From: a virus
DNA length: 64,000 nt
Direction: 5' to 3' (one strand)
IMG/VR virus record: IMGVR_UViG_3300036879_000022
Coordinates: 1-64,000 of that record
In this document: piece after piece, positions 37,994 to 49,694 of the stretch
Layout: every line of letters begins with the position of its first letter
How positions within the stretch are numbered: the stretch's first letter is position 1
Made by a program: the position numbers and the translations under genes
The notes under the pieces: model-generated
Told to the model about the DNA's origin: nothing
The model's input: only the letters and a program-made list of their open reading frames with translations
Databases searched by the model: none

Positions 37994-38190
37994 GTGCAGT
38001 GGCCGGAAGACGTAACCCCCGAAGTGTTCTAGACGCGGACAGGGGAACAGCCGGCGCCCCGCTAATCCCGAGGGCAAGACGTGTGACGAGAGACGCGGCG
38101 ACCCGGTTGCTGATCAGATCGGACCTCTACGCACTCAATCACATTCATCGGGGGACGAACCAACGTTGCGGCCTCGCGAACCGCCTGCAC
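37994..38190 (+). ncRNA. candidate ~200-nt structured ncRNA
   Basis: Own promoter TTGACA-N17-TAGGCT (37959-37987); GTGCAG/CTGCAC and CCCCCGA/TCGGGGG long-range pairings; no credible ORF. Confidence 0.55.
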
Positions 38191-38236
38191 ATTTCTCCCT
38201 CTTGACACGCCTCACACATCGGTCTAGTCTTCGGGT

Positions 38237-38630
38237 GCGATCGATACAACGGACGAGGCTTTGGCCCTCACGTACCAAGGTGCGCAAAGAGGGATGGGTA
38301 GCGAGCGGTTGACCAATCGAGCGTGATGGTTCTGAATGTTGAGACGGACTGCGGTCAGACCCGGGGGCAGTACCCGGCGCCTCCACCACGAGCAGCGCGA
38401 TGAGGCATGGATGCCTTGCACTAAATGTGCGTACACCCCTCGGGGAACACGCGCTGCTTCTGATGGGGGCGACACAGGATCGATGGACGCTCGGAAAGTC
38501 TCGAAAGTGAACTCGGCGTGATCTGCCGCGATCGGATCAAACACCTAAATGACAACGACAACTTTGTCATGGATCAGCGCCTCGCGGCGTAACGTTCCGG
38601 GGTTGGTCGCCTAGCAACAGAAAGACCCCA
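38237..38630 (+). ncRNA. ssrA: two-piece (circularly permuted) tmRNA
   Basis: Promoter TTGACA-N17-TAGTCT. Acceptor piece ends ...CGCCTCCACCA at 38388. Coding piece starts GGGGGCG at 38465 (G3:U). Tag frame 38551-38592 reads DNDNFVMDQRLAA*. Confidence 0.93.
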
Positions 38631-38631
38631 G

Positions 38632-38662
38632 ACGCCCTAGCCGCAAGGCTGGGGCGTTTTGC
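38632..38662 (+). terminator. tmRNA terminator
   Basis: ACGCCCTAGCC-GCAA-GGCTGGGGCGT-TTT. Confidence 0.85.
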
Positions 38663-38707
38663 TTTATAGTGGGTTCATTCAAGCAGCCGTGGCCCGGTAT
38701 CAACCCA

Positions 38708-39196
38708 TTAAAAGGGGATGTCTTCTGGGGGCGGCGTCTTGGACCGCGCTGGGCGGACCGGAGAACGCGCTGTACGCCTATTCTGGGAGGGGGTCGCCCA
38801 TTCGAGGTTGTCCCGCCGGCAATTCAGGCTGTCGCCGTCGCCGTGGTCGCCCATGACGTGCTTTCCGCAGGGTGGGAGCTTCATTGAGCGGACCAAGATT
38901 TCCTTGTGGAGATAGAGCTTGATCCGGCGCGGACCGGCATGGGTCGAGCGCGTCGCATACGCTTTGCGTTTGTGCCGGTCCCACGTGATCTGCCACTTCC
39001 ACTGAAGCGCCCACGCATAGTCCTCGAATGAGACCGTGGCGTAAATGCCTGCCTCAACGTCGAGCCAAATGCGGTGTTCAATAGTAGTAGTGCGGAGGGA
39101 GGCATCCGACGCTGATGAAGCCGGGTCGGCCACTGGCTTCGATCCATCGCCATGCAATGGCGAGGCCACAACGATCGGCCGGGACTGTTCGCTCAT
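38708..39196 (-). CDS. HNH homing endonuclease
   Basis: YLHKEIL...DHGDGDSLNCRRDNLEWATPSQN. Confidence 0.85.
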   Translation of the reverse strand: MSEQSRPIVVASPLHGDGSKPVADPASSASDASLRTTTIEHRIWLDVEAGIYATVSFEDYAWALQWKWQITWDRHKRKAYATRSTHAGPRRIKLYLHKEILVRSMKLPPCGKHVMGDHGDGDSLNCRRDNLEWATPSQNRRTARSPVRPARSKTPPPEDIPF

Positions 39197-41125
39197 AGCA
39201 AGGGGCTTCCCAGTCGGCGTGGTAGGTGAAGACATAGGCGTGCATGTCACGCAACGCGGAAGAGGATGATATTGTCGGGGAGTTCTTCTCCCGGGTCGGG
39301 GTCACCGTCATCGAAGCCCTCTATCAACAGAACCATGCAAGCCAAAGTCTTGACCGCGAACGTGTCGCCGCCGATCGCGCGACGCTCCAGCTCATTGACG
39401 TGAGCAACGATGTCTTGGCGGGTGCTCATTCCAGCGACTTGAGCCATTCTCTGGCCTCTTCGAGACTGATCTCGGTATGGCCGCGACTGGCGAGGAACCG
39501 ACGCTGACGAGGCGTGGCCTCCATGTCAATATAGCGCAGCTTCTCGGGATCGTATCCGCGCAGGATTTCCACATCCTCGTCGCGCTCGACGATCATGAGT
39601 GTGCGCCGCGCGGCCGTGCTGGGATAGTCGAGATCAGTGATCGCGCGAGCGTAGCGGGCGCCTCGGCCGAGGCAGACGATGCGCTTGAGGTCACTCATTG
39701 CCGTTCTCCCTCCACGCCTTGACCTCGACCTCGGTCATCGGCCGCAGGTTTGTGAACGGGCTATCCTCGGTCAACTCCATCTTCGTGAGGATCGCCGCAT
39801 CCTTCAGGTTGCCGAAGTTGGCGAGGTCCTTCTCCGCGACGACGGCCGACCACCCGCTGGACATCTCGCCCTCATCGCACGTGATCATGCGCTGGAGCGT
39901 GACGATGAAAAACTGTTCGGTATCAGGCATAGGCTTCTTTCTCCGTTTGGTCGGCTTGCAGCTCGCGCACTGGACCTTGCACGTCGGGCCGTTGAACTCT
40001 TCGCTCTCGCACATGAAGTTAGCGGGCATGGCGCGCAACCCTCACGCTGATCCGGCGCCCGTGCTCCTTGCGGCTGCGGGCCGGCGGCATCTTCGCCAGA
40101 TGACGAAGAGCCCTACGCTGTTTCTTGTTGAGCCTGATCATTTGATCCGATGAACCTCGTAGTCGGCTTCGCGGAGATAGATGCGATAGACGTTGACGCC
40201 GTAGTTGATGCAGTTGTGGAATTGCTGCTCGCTCGTCATCATCGGCTCGCGGCGCATGTAGCCTTCGACCATCTTCTCGCCCCCGATCTGGGCAGGGAAC
40301 GCAAGCTCGACCATGTCACTCTTGAACAGTTGATGACCGTCGATCGGGAGCTGTTCGCTCGCCATGAGCAGATAGGCGCGTTCGGCGTTGCTCACTTGAC
40401 CACCCTCAAATCGGGAAACTTTATCTTGCGTCGGCAGTCCGGGCACGTTGTCCGGACATCGAAATGCGTGGTCTTGATCGGCTCGTCATAGTAGCCGCGC
40501 GACGTGTCGGTGTCGCTCAGCCGAATGCCGCACCGCGTATAGACAGAGCCGTGCTCCAGCAATGCCAACCGATGAACGTCACATCGTGCCATAGATGATC
40601 TTCCGGGGCGTTGCCTTGGCCGCTACGGACGCCGCCTGTCGTGCGGTCACCACGAGGGAGACACCGGTGCGCTCGGCCAGCGCACGCGCCAGAAGAGCCC
40701 GGGGAGTGGCTTTCCGACCGCTCGGGCCAGACCCGGAAGTCTTGCTGTTGCCGCCGCGCTTCTGCCAGACGAACCGGCGATGTTTCGTCATGCCATCACG
40801 CATCGGCTCCAGCCACGCCCCCTGACCGGCTACCTTCGGGCTGACACAAACTCCTGCACGTCCACGCATCACGATTTTCCTTTTGCTTTGAGCTTCGCCT
40901 TATAGCTCCGATCGAACAGCCGCGCAAGGTCTTGTTGAAGAGCATGCGTGTTCGCGTTGAACGTCGCCAGCCGGCAGTTATAGTCCCGGGTATAGATGCC
41001 GACCTTGCCATCTTCTCCCGTGCGAATTTCGTAGTTGGCCCAGCCGAATTTCTTGGGATACCCCATAGCATGTCCCTCATGAGAACGGAGCCGGTCGCCC
41101 GGCTCCGCTACGCTAGAAGTTGATC

Positions 41126-41632
41126 TCAGTGATCGGCGGTGCCGACGATGAGCGGCTGGATGCGGAGCCGGATCGGCTGATCGCTGTAGAGGTACGATCC
41201 CTGACCCCACTGACGATAGACGCCGTCCGTGTTCCAGTAGTAGATGTATTCGCCCGACGAGCCCCACGTTCCTTCGTCGGAGGCTGCGGCCCGGGCGATG
41301 GTGTTCGTGCCACCGCCGCCCCAGCCTGACGAGGCGCGATCGGGCGGCGTAAGGCGCTTGCCGCCGCTCGTCACCTTACCCTTGACGCCTTCGTACAGGA
41401 TCGGCTGGCCTGCCTGATTGAGCAGAACGATGAAGCCGAGCTTGCCCGGGTCCGCCGTCAACTGGAGGCGATGCTTGATATTGTCGATCTCGGCATTGTC
41501 CTCGAAGTTGATTGACTTGGCGGCCTCGGCCGCCTTGTTAGTCTGGACCTGCTTGTTGGTCGGCGGGTCCACATCGCAGCCGGCGAGCATCACGCACGCG
41601 AGGGCCGCAAAGATAGCAGAGATAGTCTTCAC
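41126..41632 (-). CDS. putative lipoprotein
   Basis: Signal peptide with LAGC lipobox. Confidence 0.75.
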   Translation of the reverse strand: MKTISAIFAALACVMLAGCDVDPPTNKQVQTNKAAEAAKSINFEDNAEIDNIKHRLQLTADPGKLGFIVLLNQAGQPILYEGVKGKVTSGGKRLTPPDRASSGWGGGGTNTIARAAASDEGTWGSSGEYIYYWNTDGVYRQWGQGSYLYSDQPIRLRIQPLIVGTADH

Positions 41633-42060
41633 TCACATTCTCCTGAGTTGAGCTGATCGGGGAGGTCGTGCGACCGGAAGATGCCCCGGTTCATCTTCTC
41701 GGAATTGGCATTGTACCGACGCGAGAGATCGCGGCAGGACTGCTGAATGGCCGCCATATCGATGCGGAGCCTGCTCTTCTCCTGAGCATCGGTCTCGGCG
41801 CCGAGCAAGCCCTTGAACTGCTTGACCTGAGCGACGCGCGCCAGATAGTTGCCGTTCGCGTCATGGAACCATTCGTAATTCGTGATGACGTTGTCGGCGT
41901 CGAGCGTCTTGTTGACGATGCGCCCGGGCTGCAAGATCAGACTGCCGATGCCGAGCGCGGAGCCCAGCACGAACAGCCCGATGATGGTTGCGAAAAAGAT
42001 TTTGGGGAGCGACCAATAGAAGTTGCCCTCCGCCTCGTGAACGTCTCTCCGATAGCTCAT
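41629..42060 (-). CDS. membrane-anchored protein paired with the lipoprotein
   Basis: N-terminal TM; ITNYEWF...YNANS. Confidence 0.7.
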   Translation of the reverse strand: MSYRRDVHEAEGNFYWSLPKIFFATIIGLFVLGSALGIGSLILQPGRIVNKTLDADNVITNYEWFHDANGNYLARVAQVKQFKGLLGAETDAQEKSRLRIDMAAIQQSCRDLSRRYNANSEKMNRGIFRSHDLPDQLNSGECE

Positions 42061-43154
42061 CGCTTTCCTCCGATTAGTAATGGACCACGGCTTGCCTCAT
42101 ACGCGATGATCAGCCGTTCGACAATAGCCTGTAACGAGTACGCCTCAAATTCCGAGGACGGGGTTAATTCGCCCATCGCCTCCCGCATCTGGCGCCAGAC
42201 ATGGCTTCCCTCGTGGACAAGATAGCCCACGACCTTCCGCTTGGACTTGACGTGCTCCCCGACACAGACGAGCGTTGTGGACACGCCCTCACGATCTATG
42301 AAATGGATACTGCACGCGTCGTGATCCGGATAGGCCCGGTCAAGATGATATCGCTTGTCGGCCTCTCCCCACGCTCGCGCGCTGGGACAGAACGCGAAGT
42401 GATACGGAAGCCAATCGTCGCTGCACCAAACTAATTTGTGCTTGATCACATCAAGTCCTCAAACTCATCCACCGGCTGAAGCTCATTGAACCGCTTGCGC
42501 TGATCTTCGATCTCGCTGGGGTACACTGGCGCGTTGATGCACCAAAGAAGAAACGCTTGCTCGGTGCCGACCTCAGACGACGCCGGCACCAATGCCTTAA
42601 CGAGCCCAGCGCATCGCTCGCGCTCTTCCTCGATATAGTGCTGGATCGTGTGCTCGTAGACATAGCTCATTTGCGTTTGGCCCGACGTTTATTCTCGGCG
42701 TCAAATGCGGCGTCGCACGCTTCTTTGCCTTGCTCCTTGACGAACCGAGTGAGCGCGAGCCGCGATGTGATGCGCTCCAACTGATCACGCGAGCCGACGC
42801 CGTCCACGAGTTTGTTGAACTTGCGGGCTTCCGCCGTGGTCAGCTTCTTGGGCGGCAGGAGGCTGTCGGCGCCGAGCTTCTTGACCTGAGCCTTGATGTT
42901 GAAGCGTGGGATCATTTGCCCCTCAAGATCAGATAGCACGCGGCCGTGATGAGCAACAGCCGCCATTCTCCGGTGGCTACCGCGCCGACGCAGGACACGA
43001 CGAACGCGATGATAGCGAGTGAGCCGATGAGCATCATGTCAGAAGCACCTTTCGCTTTGCGTGACCGCGCACCAAACGTGCGCACTCCAGAACGGATTGA
43101 TGGCCGTCGCTATAGCGAGTGCTGCGATGGCTGTCAACATGCCCAGTGCAAACC

Positions 43155-43880
43155 TCATAAAGCCCAGTGTCCCCAGACCTTATGGGCCTGCACGATGCAA
43201 TCGTAGACTGGGTCGTGTGGAACACCGTCGATCTTCATAGAGGGCGGGATGATCCGCGTCGGCGGCGTCTCACGGCAAAATGACCGCATGTCGCGCGGTG
43301 CCTGATAGTGCCAAAGCTCGGGCTCATCCCGGTCGTTCGACTGGCCATAGGCGCCCATCTGCATGTTGAGGCCGACAAGATTAGACAAATCGAACTGTGT
43401 GCCATTGGCCCAGACGCGTGATGCGTTCCGACAGAAGTCCCGAACATCCTTGAGCGTGCCGGCCATTGAGCGCCGCTCGCCCACGTATTCTGCCCAGTGC
43501 GCCCGCGCTTCCTTCGACTGCGCCATCCACCACTTCTGAGTGCTGGCACTGACTTCGCGTCCGAGGATGAGCTGTTGCTCGATACTGGGGATGATCAGCT
43601 TGCGCTTACCGATGCGCAGACCCTCGATCGGCTCCGGCGTGAACTCGATCAGGCCGATCGACAGGATCAGCGCGTTGTTCGGGTGCAGCGACATGGTTTC
43701 GATATCGATCATCACGTGATCAAACAGCTCTTCCGTCAGGCCGCGATCAAATGCCTCGCGCTGCTCGGGCGTAGCGTCGCGGATATACGCACACGATCCC
43801 GGGTCATTCTCCGCGCACTTGATCAGTGTAACGCCGACCGTGTCATCATCGATCACCGCGTCGTATTGGGTCGTCACCAT
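43155..43880 (-). CDS. DEDD 3'-5' exonuclease (Rv2179c/Exo VIII-like)
   Basis: HVMIDIET, VWANGTQFD, HDPVYD. Confidence 0.88.
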   Translation of the reverse strand: MVTTQYDAVIDDDTVGVTLIKCAENDPGSCAYIRDATPEQREAFDRGLTEELFDHVMIDIETMSLHPNNALILSIGLIEFTPEPIEGLRIGKRKLIIPSIEQQLILGREVSASTQKWWMAQSKEARAHWAEYVGERRSMAGTLKDVRDFCRNASRVWANGTQFDLSNLVGLNMQMGAYGQSNDRDEPELWHYQAPRDMRSFCRETPPTRIIPPSMKIDGVPHDPVYDCIVQAHKVWGHWAL

Positions 43881-45611
43881 GACACACGCTCCAGAGTTGT
43901 AAGTTGGAAGGGATATTCGTTTGGCTTCATGTTGAGGTCGAACCAAATGCACCGGGCAAACTCGCCCTCGATTTTCTTGACGACCATCTCTTGGTTGCAG
44001 CCGGACAGACGCACGACCGAGCCGTCGCGAACTTCATGAGATCGGGCCACGTAAGCCCCCCTATGGGTCCGGTCAGAAGGGAATGTCATCGCCATTATCC
44101 ACATATCCCGAGGCTTTGCGAGCCTCGGCTGCTTGATGGTTCTCAGCACGGCGCCGGGCGATTGCCATACTGTGCGGGAAGCCGAGCATTTCTTTGTCGG
44201 CCCCGACGTACTGGATCGTATACCCCTTGAGCGCGGCACTGACAAGCCATTTTCTCATGCGCTCTTTGTCGAGCATCTCGACGCCGACGCGGTCCTTCTT
44301 GGCCCAGTCGAAGTGCAGGGGACAGGCGAGGTTCTTCGGCGGCCGGATATCATGATTGATCGCGAACCGGAAAGGCCTCTCAGTCAGCTCCAGACACTTC
44401 GCCGCGAGCAGTTCGGCGACGCGCCGATCGCTATAGGCCGGCGTGATCGCGAGGACTTGCTGATTGATCGACAGCTTGCTCGGCCCGTGCTCGCCCATTT
44501 TAGGTGATGCCCTTCTCGCACGCCTGCCACGACGCGCAGTCCGCTGGCTCAATGCAACGAGAACACGGGACCCACGCGTCCGGCTCCAGCCCGTGCGCAG
44601 CGCGGATCGCGTCGAGCCTCTCGGCTTCGTTCGTTGGGGCCGCGTGGACCCTGATCTGTTCGTTCGGATCGCGCTTCAATTCGCGCGGATCATATCCCTT
44701 GCGGATGCAATTGGCGACGACGCGGAACGCCTTGGCGACCTCTTCGAGTAAATGGGCGTTGTACTCCCACTTGGGCGCGACATGCGTGGTCTTCTTGAAC
44801 GGGGGCCAGATCGCCCGGGCAGTGAACGTGCCCTCCTTGCGAACACGATCGGCACTGACGATGCTGATATCCGCGCGCATTTCGCAGAGCAGCGCGCAAC
44901 GTTCGGTCTCGTCGGCGCGATGCGCCCGCTCCATGGCATAGAGTTCGTCCTCGGATAAGTCGGCCATCACCGCGCCCTCGCTTCATCCAATTCACGGTCC
45001 AATTCACGGTCTCGCTCACGCGCCGCTCGCCGAAACGTGTCAGCGCGCTTTTGCAGGTCCAAGGCCCGGACATGATGTCCATCGCAGAGTTCGATCCCGG
45101 CCCGGCGCATCGCTTCGTCGGCGCCCGCGTCCAAAAGCTCGGGCGAAAACTGCTTGCTGATCGGGTCACTCATCTTCGTTGCACTTTCCGTCTTTTCGCA
45201 GGCACGAACCGGTTGGCAGGAAATAGAAATCGTTGCCCAGTCGCACGTGACAGTCGCACGGCTCCAGTGGGATTGTATCCATCCCCGAACGCTGCACCGT
45301 ATCGGGCAGATGGATGATCGTTCCGTCCTGAGTGCGAAACTCACGCATTCCCTAATCCTCTGATTTGCAAGCTGCACAACGAAGATCGGATGACCCGCGC
45401 GCTACGATCGCCTCGAACCGCTGGAGCCAATCGCCCATGAAGTTTTGGTGCTGTCGAAACGCCCCTTCGATATTGTCCGCTGCGCGCAGCATCAGATCGG
45501 CCGAACCGCTGACGGTATCGCCTGCGCGCAGCATCAGATCAGCCGCGCTGGATATCGTGCGGCCGGCGCGGAGAACATCCTCGGCGCCCATCAATGTAAC
45601 GTATTCGCCCA

Positions 45612-45989
45612 TCATGCACCCCCAAGGTATGAAACAAGCCGGCACTCATAGTGCTCCGGCTTGCTGGCGCGTGTCAAGCAGCTATCCCAAACTTTTCCGT
45701 CGCGCCAGACGACCCAATGCCAGTCGTAGCCGCCCTCGCACTCAGGAGGGATCACCTTGACGATCGCGCGCTCGGGTGGAATGTCGTGCCAGCTCTTGAC
45801 GCGGATCAGCTTTGGCTTCGTGATGTCGATCGCGGTTGCAACCTGTTTTGTCCGGGTGTTGAACCTGAGCCTGTTGTAGTGCGCGTTGCCCCATATGCGA
45901 TGAGCGGCAGCTCTCCACGAGATGTCGAGCAGATTGGCCACGGCGCAGACGCCGCAGTCATGGAGCTTGGTGTTCTTGATCATCCTCAT
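45612..45989 (-). CDS. papain-like (C39-type) cysteine peptidase domain
   Basis: DCGVCAVA...WHWVVW..VWD. Confidence 0.65.
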   Translation of the reverse strand: MRMIKNTKLHDCGVCAVANLLDISWRAAAHRIWGNAHYNRLRFNTRTKQVATAIDITKPKLIRVKSWHDIPPERAIVKVIPPECEGGYDWHWVVWRDGKVWDSCLTRASKPEHYECRLVSYLGGA

Positions 45990-47163
45990 GGGATATAGGC
46001 CTTCGCTACCCATGCGACGATCAGCAACACGAAAATCCCGCCGAAGATATATCCAAGGTAGTCCGGCTTCTCGACGCGCGGCTCCCAGCCCTCGCCCGTG
46101 GTCCCGCACATCTCTTCGGCCTCCCGGACAGTCCGGGCCTGTTGCGCATACCAGCCGTCAACGACATCGAACTTGCGGTATAGAACATTGGTGCACGTGT
46201 TGCCGTCGTCGCCTCCACGAGAAAACCATTTGCACTCGCGGCAGGGCTTCAATGTGTTGGTGTAGTCAGTCATTCGCAGCTTCATGGCATCCATCCCATC
46301 ATGGTGTTGACCGCGCGCACAAACTCAGACCACTGATCCTGAGTGAGAAACTCGGTCGCGTCCTGATCCGATCCGAGGACGCTCAGCGCAATCTCGCCCA
46401 CGTTGTTCGGCGTAGCCACAACGCACCGACGCTGATCGCAGCCCTCATCGTTCTCGTCATCAGGGTCGGTGAAGACTACAGCTTCGGTCATGACGTATGC
46501 TCCGTCCACCACTTGGCGAGCAGTCGGGCTTGCGCGCCGGTGCACATGACTTCATCGCAGCACGCACCCGTGCCGAACGTGCAACCAATCTGCTCGGCAT
46601 AGCGATGCATCTCGTCGAACAGCTTAGCCTTAGCCTCCCGCCACTGTTGCTGGCGCAGCGCCTCCATATCAACGCGCATCGCCGGCCGACGAAAGTTTGG
46701 GTCAAACTTACGCATCTGCATGCCCCGGGCCGATGTATCGGATCGTGGTGCCATCAGGCAGAATGATGGGCGGCGGTGGATCGGTCGCAGCCAGCGCGGC
46801 GAGAGCCTTGATGTACGGCTCAGCACGCGTATGATATTCGTTTCGGAGCCTGTCAAGCTCCCGATACAGAAACTCACGCTGGCGCTCTTTATAGAAGCTC
46901 ATCGGAAAAATCCATGCACCCAATCGAGGTAGTAGGGATAGCCGAGCATAATCCACGGCAGCACCAAGAACGTCACGACGAAACCGCCGATCACCGCCAG
47001 CATCGCTTGCAGATAGCTCATCGGAAAGCCCTCTCCAGCTTCTCTAGCCGGTCCATGAGACCGACTGTTCCCTGTTTCATCACGTACACTGCCGCGCTGT
47101 CCACGACGATCCAAGCCGCCATGATCGCGACGACCATCAGCAAGGACGCTAACAAGCTGCGTT

Positions 47164-47394
47164 TCATATTGCGGCTCCCAGCTCTCGAAGTGTGCGCTTC
47201 GCCAGCGCCATCACGTTGCGTTCTGCCCGATGATCGCTCGGGGTATTGCCGATCACGATGAAGCGAGACTTCTCCCGAAATACGAAGTACACTTTCGGGT
47301 GCCGTCCACCGTGAACGACGTTGATTTGAGCGCCGACGCTTTCGGCTAGGTCGGCTAGGTATTGTTCGATCTCACGCGTCTTGCTGCTTGCCAT
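47164..47394 (-). CDS. HicA-like dsRBD-fold protein
   Basis: GGRHPKV...IGNTPSDHRAERN. Confidence 0.65.
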   Translation of the reverse strand: MASSKTREIEQYLADLAESVGAQINVVHGGRHPKVYFVFREKSRFIVIGNTPSDHRAERNVMALAKRTLRELGAAI

Positions 47395-47547
47395 GTTGGC
47401 CTCCTGTCCCAGTGGCTTCGCATGCCGCCGGGGCAGTGTCTATCTAAAACCCTCGGGATGGTTAACCCTTCGGGTGATCGGCATGCCGTATTGATTGAGC
47501 CACGCTTCTTTGGTGCCATTCGTCGGATTGATATAATAGCCCATGGT

Positions 47548-47973
47548 TCACTCCGTTGTCAGATAGGCCTCGACGGCCTCAAGAAGCTTCCTGTCTTTGT
47601 CCGGTTGCTCGCGCCCGACCGAATAGGCCAGCAACTCTTCGATCTGCTTCGCGAGCGAGGGCACGTCATCACGCTCTTCGAGAAGCCGGGTCACGTCTTT
47701 GACAAGGCCCTTCATCGTGGTCGGCTCGCACGTTGCGATGTGGCGCATGTCATTGCGGCCACTCATGCCGGCGTTGATCCCATAGACCGTGTGATCCTTT
47801 TCGTTCCACGGCTGCTTGCACACATCGAAGTCGGCGCCGCCCTTCTTATTCTTGCCGGGCGAGATGACGTGGCCATGGCTCATATACCACGGGCCGGGCG
47901 AGGTCGCCTCGGTGTTGGCCGCGATCGTCGCGATGACGCGCTTGATCCGGTTGATGGCACTTGTCTCAATCAT
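47548..47973 (-). CDS. Ead/Ea22-like protein
   Basis: ATSPGPW...DMRHIATCEP. Confidence 0.65.
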   Translation of the reverse strand: MIETSAINRIKRVIATIAANTEATSPGPWYMSHGHVISPGKNKKGGADFDVCKQPWNEKDHTVYGINAGMSGRNDMRHIATCEPTTMKGLVKDVTRLLEERDDVPSLAKQIEELLAYSVGREQPDKDRKLLEAVEAYLTTE

Positions 47974-48129
47974 TGTTTTGGTCCTCATCAATGAACACGG
48001 GCACGATCTGCCCTGTCCACGGGTTGCGTCTCGGGTCAAGAGGCCTCTCTTGGCTCCGGTCTTGTGTTGTTGGCCGAAGAGCCACGTCTCCCCTGACTTT
48101 CCAGTCCGGCCGATCTTTAGATTTTGGTT

Positions 48130-48954
48130 TCATTTGCGTCGCTTCTTGCTGCGCTGTTCCCAGTCCCGCTTCTTGGGACCGCGACCGTAGACCGCGTCCT
48201 CGGTTGTCTTTACCGTGAGGTCTCGAAGCGTGTCAAGCTCCATATGGCCGAGTGCACGCTGCTCCATCTGCGAATAGTCGAAACGGTTAAGAACGTCAGA
48301 CCTCATTTTGTAGTCCACCCAATGCGGATCGCCGTTCTTGTCGATCATCATTGCGTCGTGGCCAGCGCGCACGCGCTCGCGCTCGGCCGCCGTGAGCGGA
48401 TACATGGGATCACCGCCCATGACCACGAGCACTTCGGCTTTCGAAACCATCGCAGCATAGGCACGCAATTGCTCTGTGCTTTTCGCCATCGCCGCCGTGT
48501 GCTCGGCAACGCTGTTATACATGCCGATGTGCGTGTCACCCACGATCAGCGTGTGCTTCGTCGGATCGCGGCCTGTCGCTGAATAGGGTTCGTCCATCGC
48601 GTTCGTCTGTGCTCCCGGGTGCGGGTTGATGCGCTCGCGCCAGTTCGTTGCGAAGCTGTCGTCCCGATAGAAGCGAGCGAGCCAATACCGATCGTAGAAG
48701 CCGGAGCCCGGGTTGTTCTCGGTCAGGATTTTCTCTGGGGTAAGTGGTGACAGGCGCAGCGTCAGCGCATTGAGCGCCGCATTGGTCAGCGGCTCATTGC
48801 CATTTTCCTTGATCGCCTCTTCGATCTGTTGATGGACCCACGTGCCAAAGTCCGCAGGGTTGGACATCTGATGGGTCGATCGGCTCTCGAAGTCGAGCGT
48901 GACCATCTTTTTGCGTTCGTTGTTCTTCGCAGCTCTGCGTCGTTTGTTGCTCAT
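48130..48954 (-). CDS. hypothetical protein
   Basis: 274-aa ORF in operon orientation. Confidence 0.7.
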   Translation of the reverse strand: MSNKRRRAAKNNERKKMVTLDFESRSTHQMSNPADFGTWVHQQIEEAIKENGNEPLTNAALNALTLRLSPLTPEKILTENNPGSGFYDRYWLARFYRDDSFATNWRERINPHPGAQTNAMDEPYSATGRDPTKHTLIVGDTHIGMYNSVAEHTAAMAKSTEQLRAYAAMVSKAEVLVVMGGDPMYPLTAAERERVRAGHDAMMIDKNGDPHWVDYKMRSDVLNRFDYSQMEQRALGHMELDTLRDLTVKTTEDAVYGRGPKKRDWEQRSKKRRK

Positions 48955-48990
48955 CTGATATCCACGAGACCACTCTCGCGCTCCTTCATC

Positions 48991-49659
48991 TTAGTCATCG
49001 AAGTCAATCCCTGCGAAGCGAGCCGCGTCACCGACAGGCTTTGGTGTCGGAGGCTCTATAGGTTTTGCTGTTGGGAGGGTCCAACTCGGGTAACGGTCAA
49101 CATCGAGCACCCTCCACGACGTGTCACTGAAGCGCGTGATCTCGGCCCGCACGCGGCGTGTCTGATCACACAGATAGACGCGTTGGTCGTTCGGATTGGC
49201 TTCCACGGACCAACGAGGGGGCATGACCTCGAAGATCATTCCAACGAGAGGCTGCTCGGTGATATACAGCGGACCGGTGGGGCCGCCGGTCGAGCCGGGG
49301 CTGTCGAGAGAGGCGTTGGCGACGCGGGCTGCATTTTGGGCCTTCCGGTGTTCGCGCTCGCACGTCGTGCACAGTTCGCCCTCATTGACCGGGTGACCGT
49401 TGCTGCAAAAGAGTGGCTGATTGACGCGGATCATGAACTGATTGGCGCTGCTGCTGCTGCCCCGGGCGTTCTGCATGAGCCGCGCCAGCTCGGCGACGGC
49501 GATGGCTTCCTCTTTTGTCACGTAGAGGACGGCGACCGATCGCAAGTTGGGCTCGCCGCTCAGTGGCGTCTTGGTCTCGTGAGTTTCGATCCTGCTCGTC
49601 TTCGGCGTTGCCACTTTATCATCCCATCCAGCCGCTCGGGCCATCGCATCGCTCAGCAT
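48991..49659 (-). CDS. hypothetical protein
   Basis: 222-aa ORF with a CxxH/CxxC motif. Confidence 0.65.
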   Translation of the reverse strand: MLSDAMARAAGWDDKVATPKTSRIETHETKTPLSGEPNLRSVAVLYVTKEEAIAVAELARLMQNARGSSSSANQFMIRVNQPLFCSNGHPVNEGELCTTCEREHRKAQNAARVANASLDSPGSTGGPTGPLYITEQPLVGMIFEVMPPRWSVEANPNDQRVYLCDQTRRVRAEITRFSDTSWRVLDVDRYPSWTLPTAKPIEPPTPKPVGDAARFAGIDFDD

Positions 49660-49694
49660 ATGTTTTCATCAATTGCACGCTCGCGAAGCCATTG

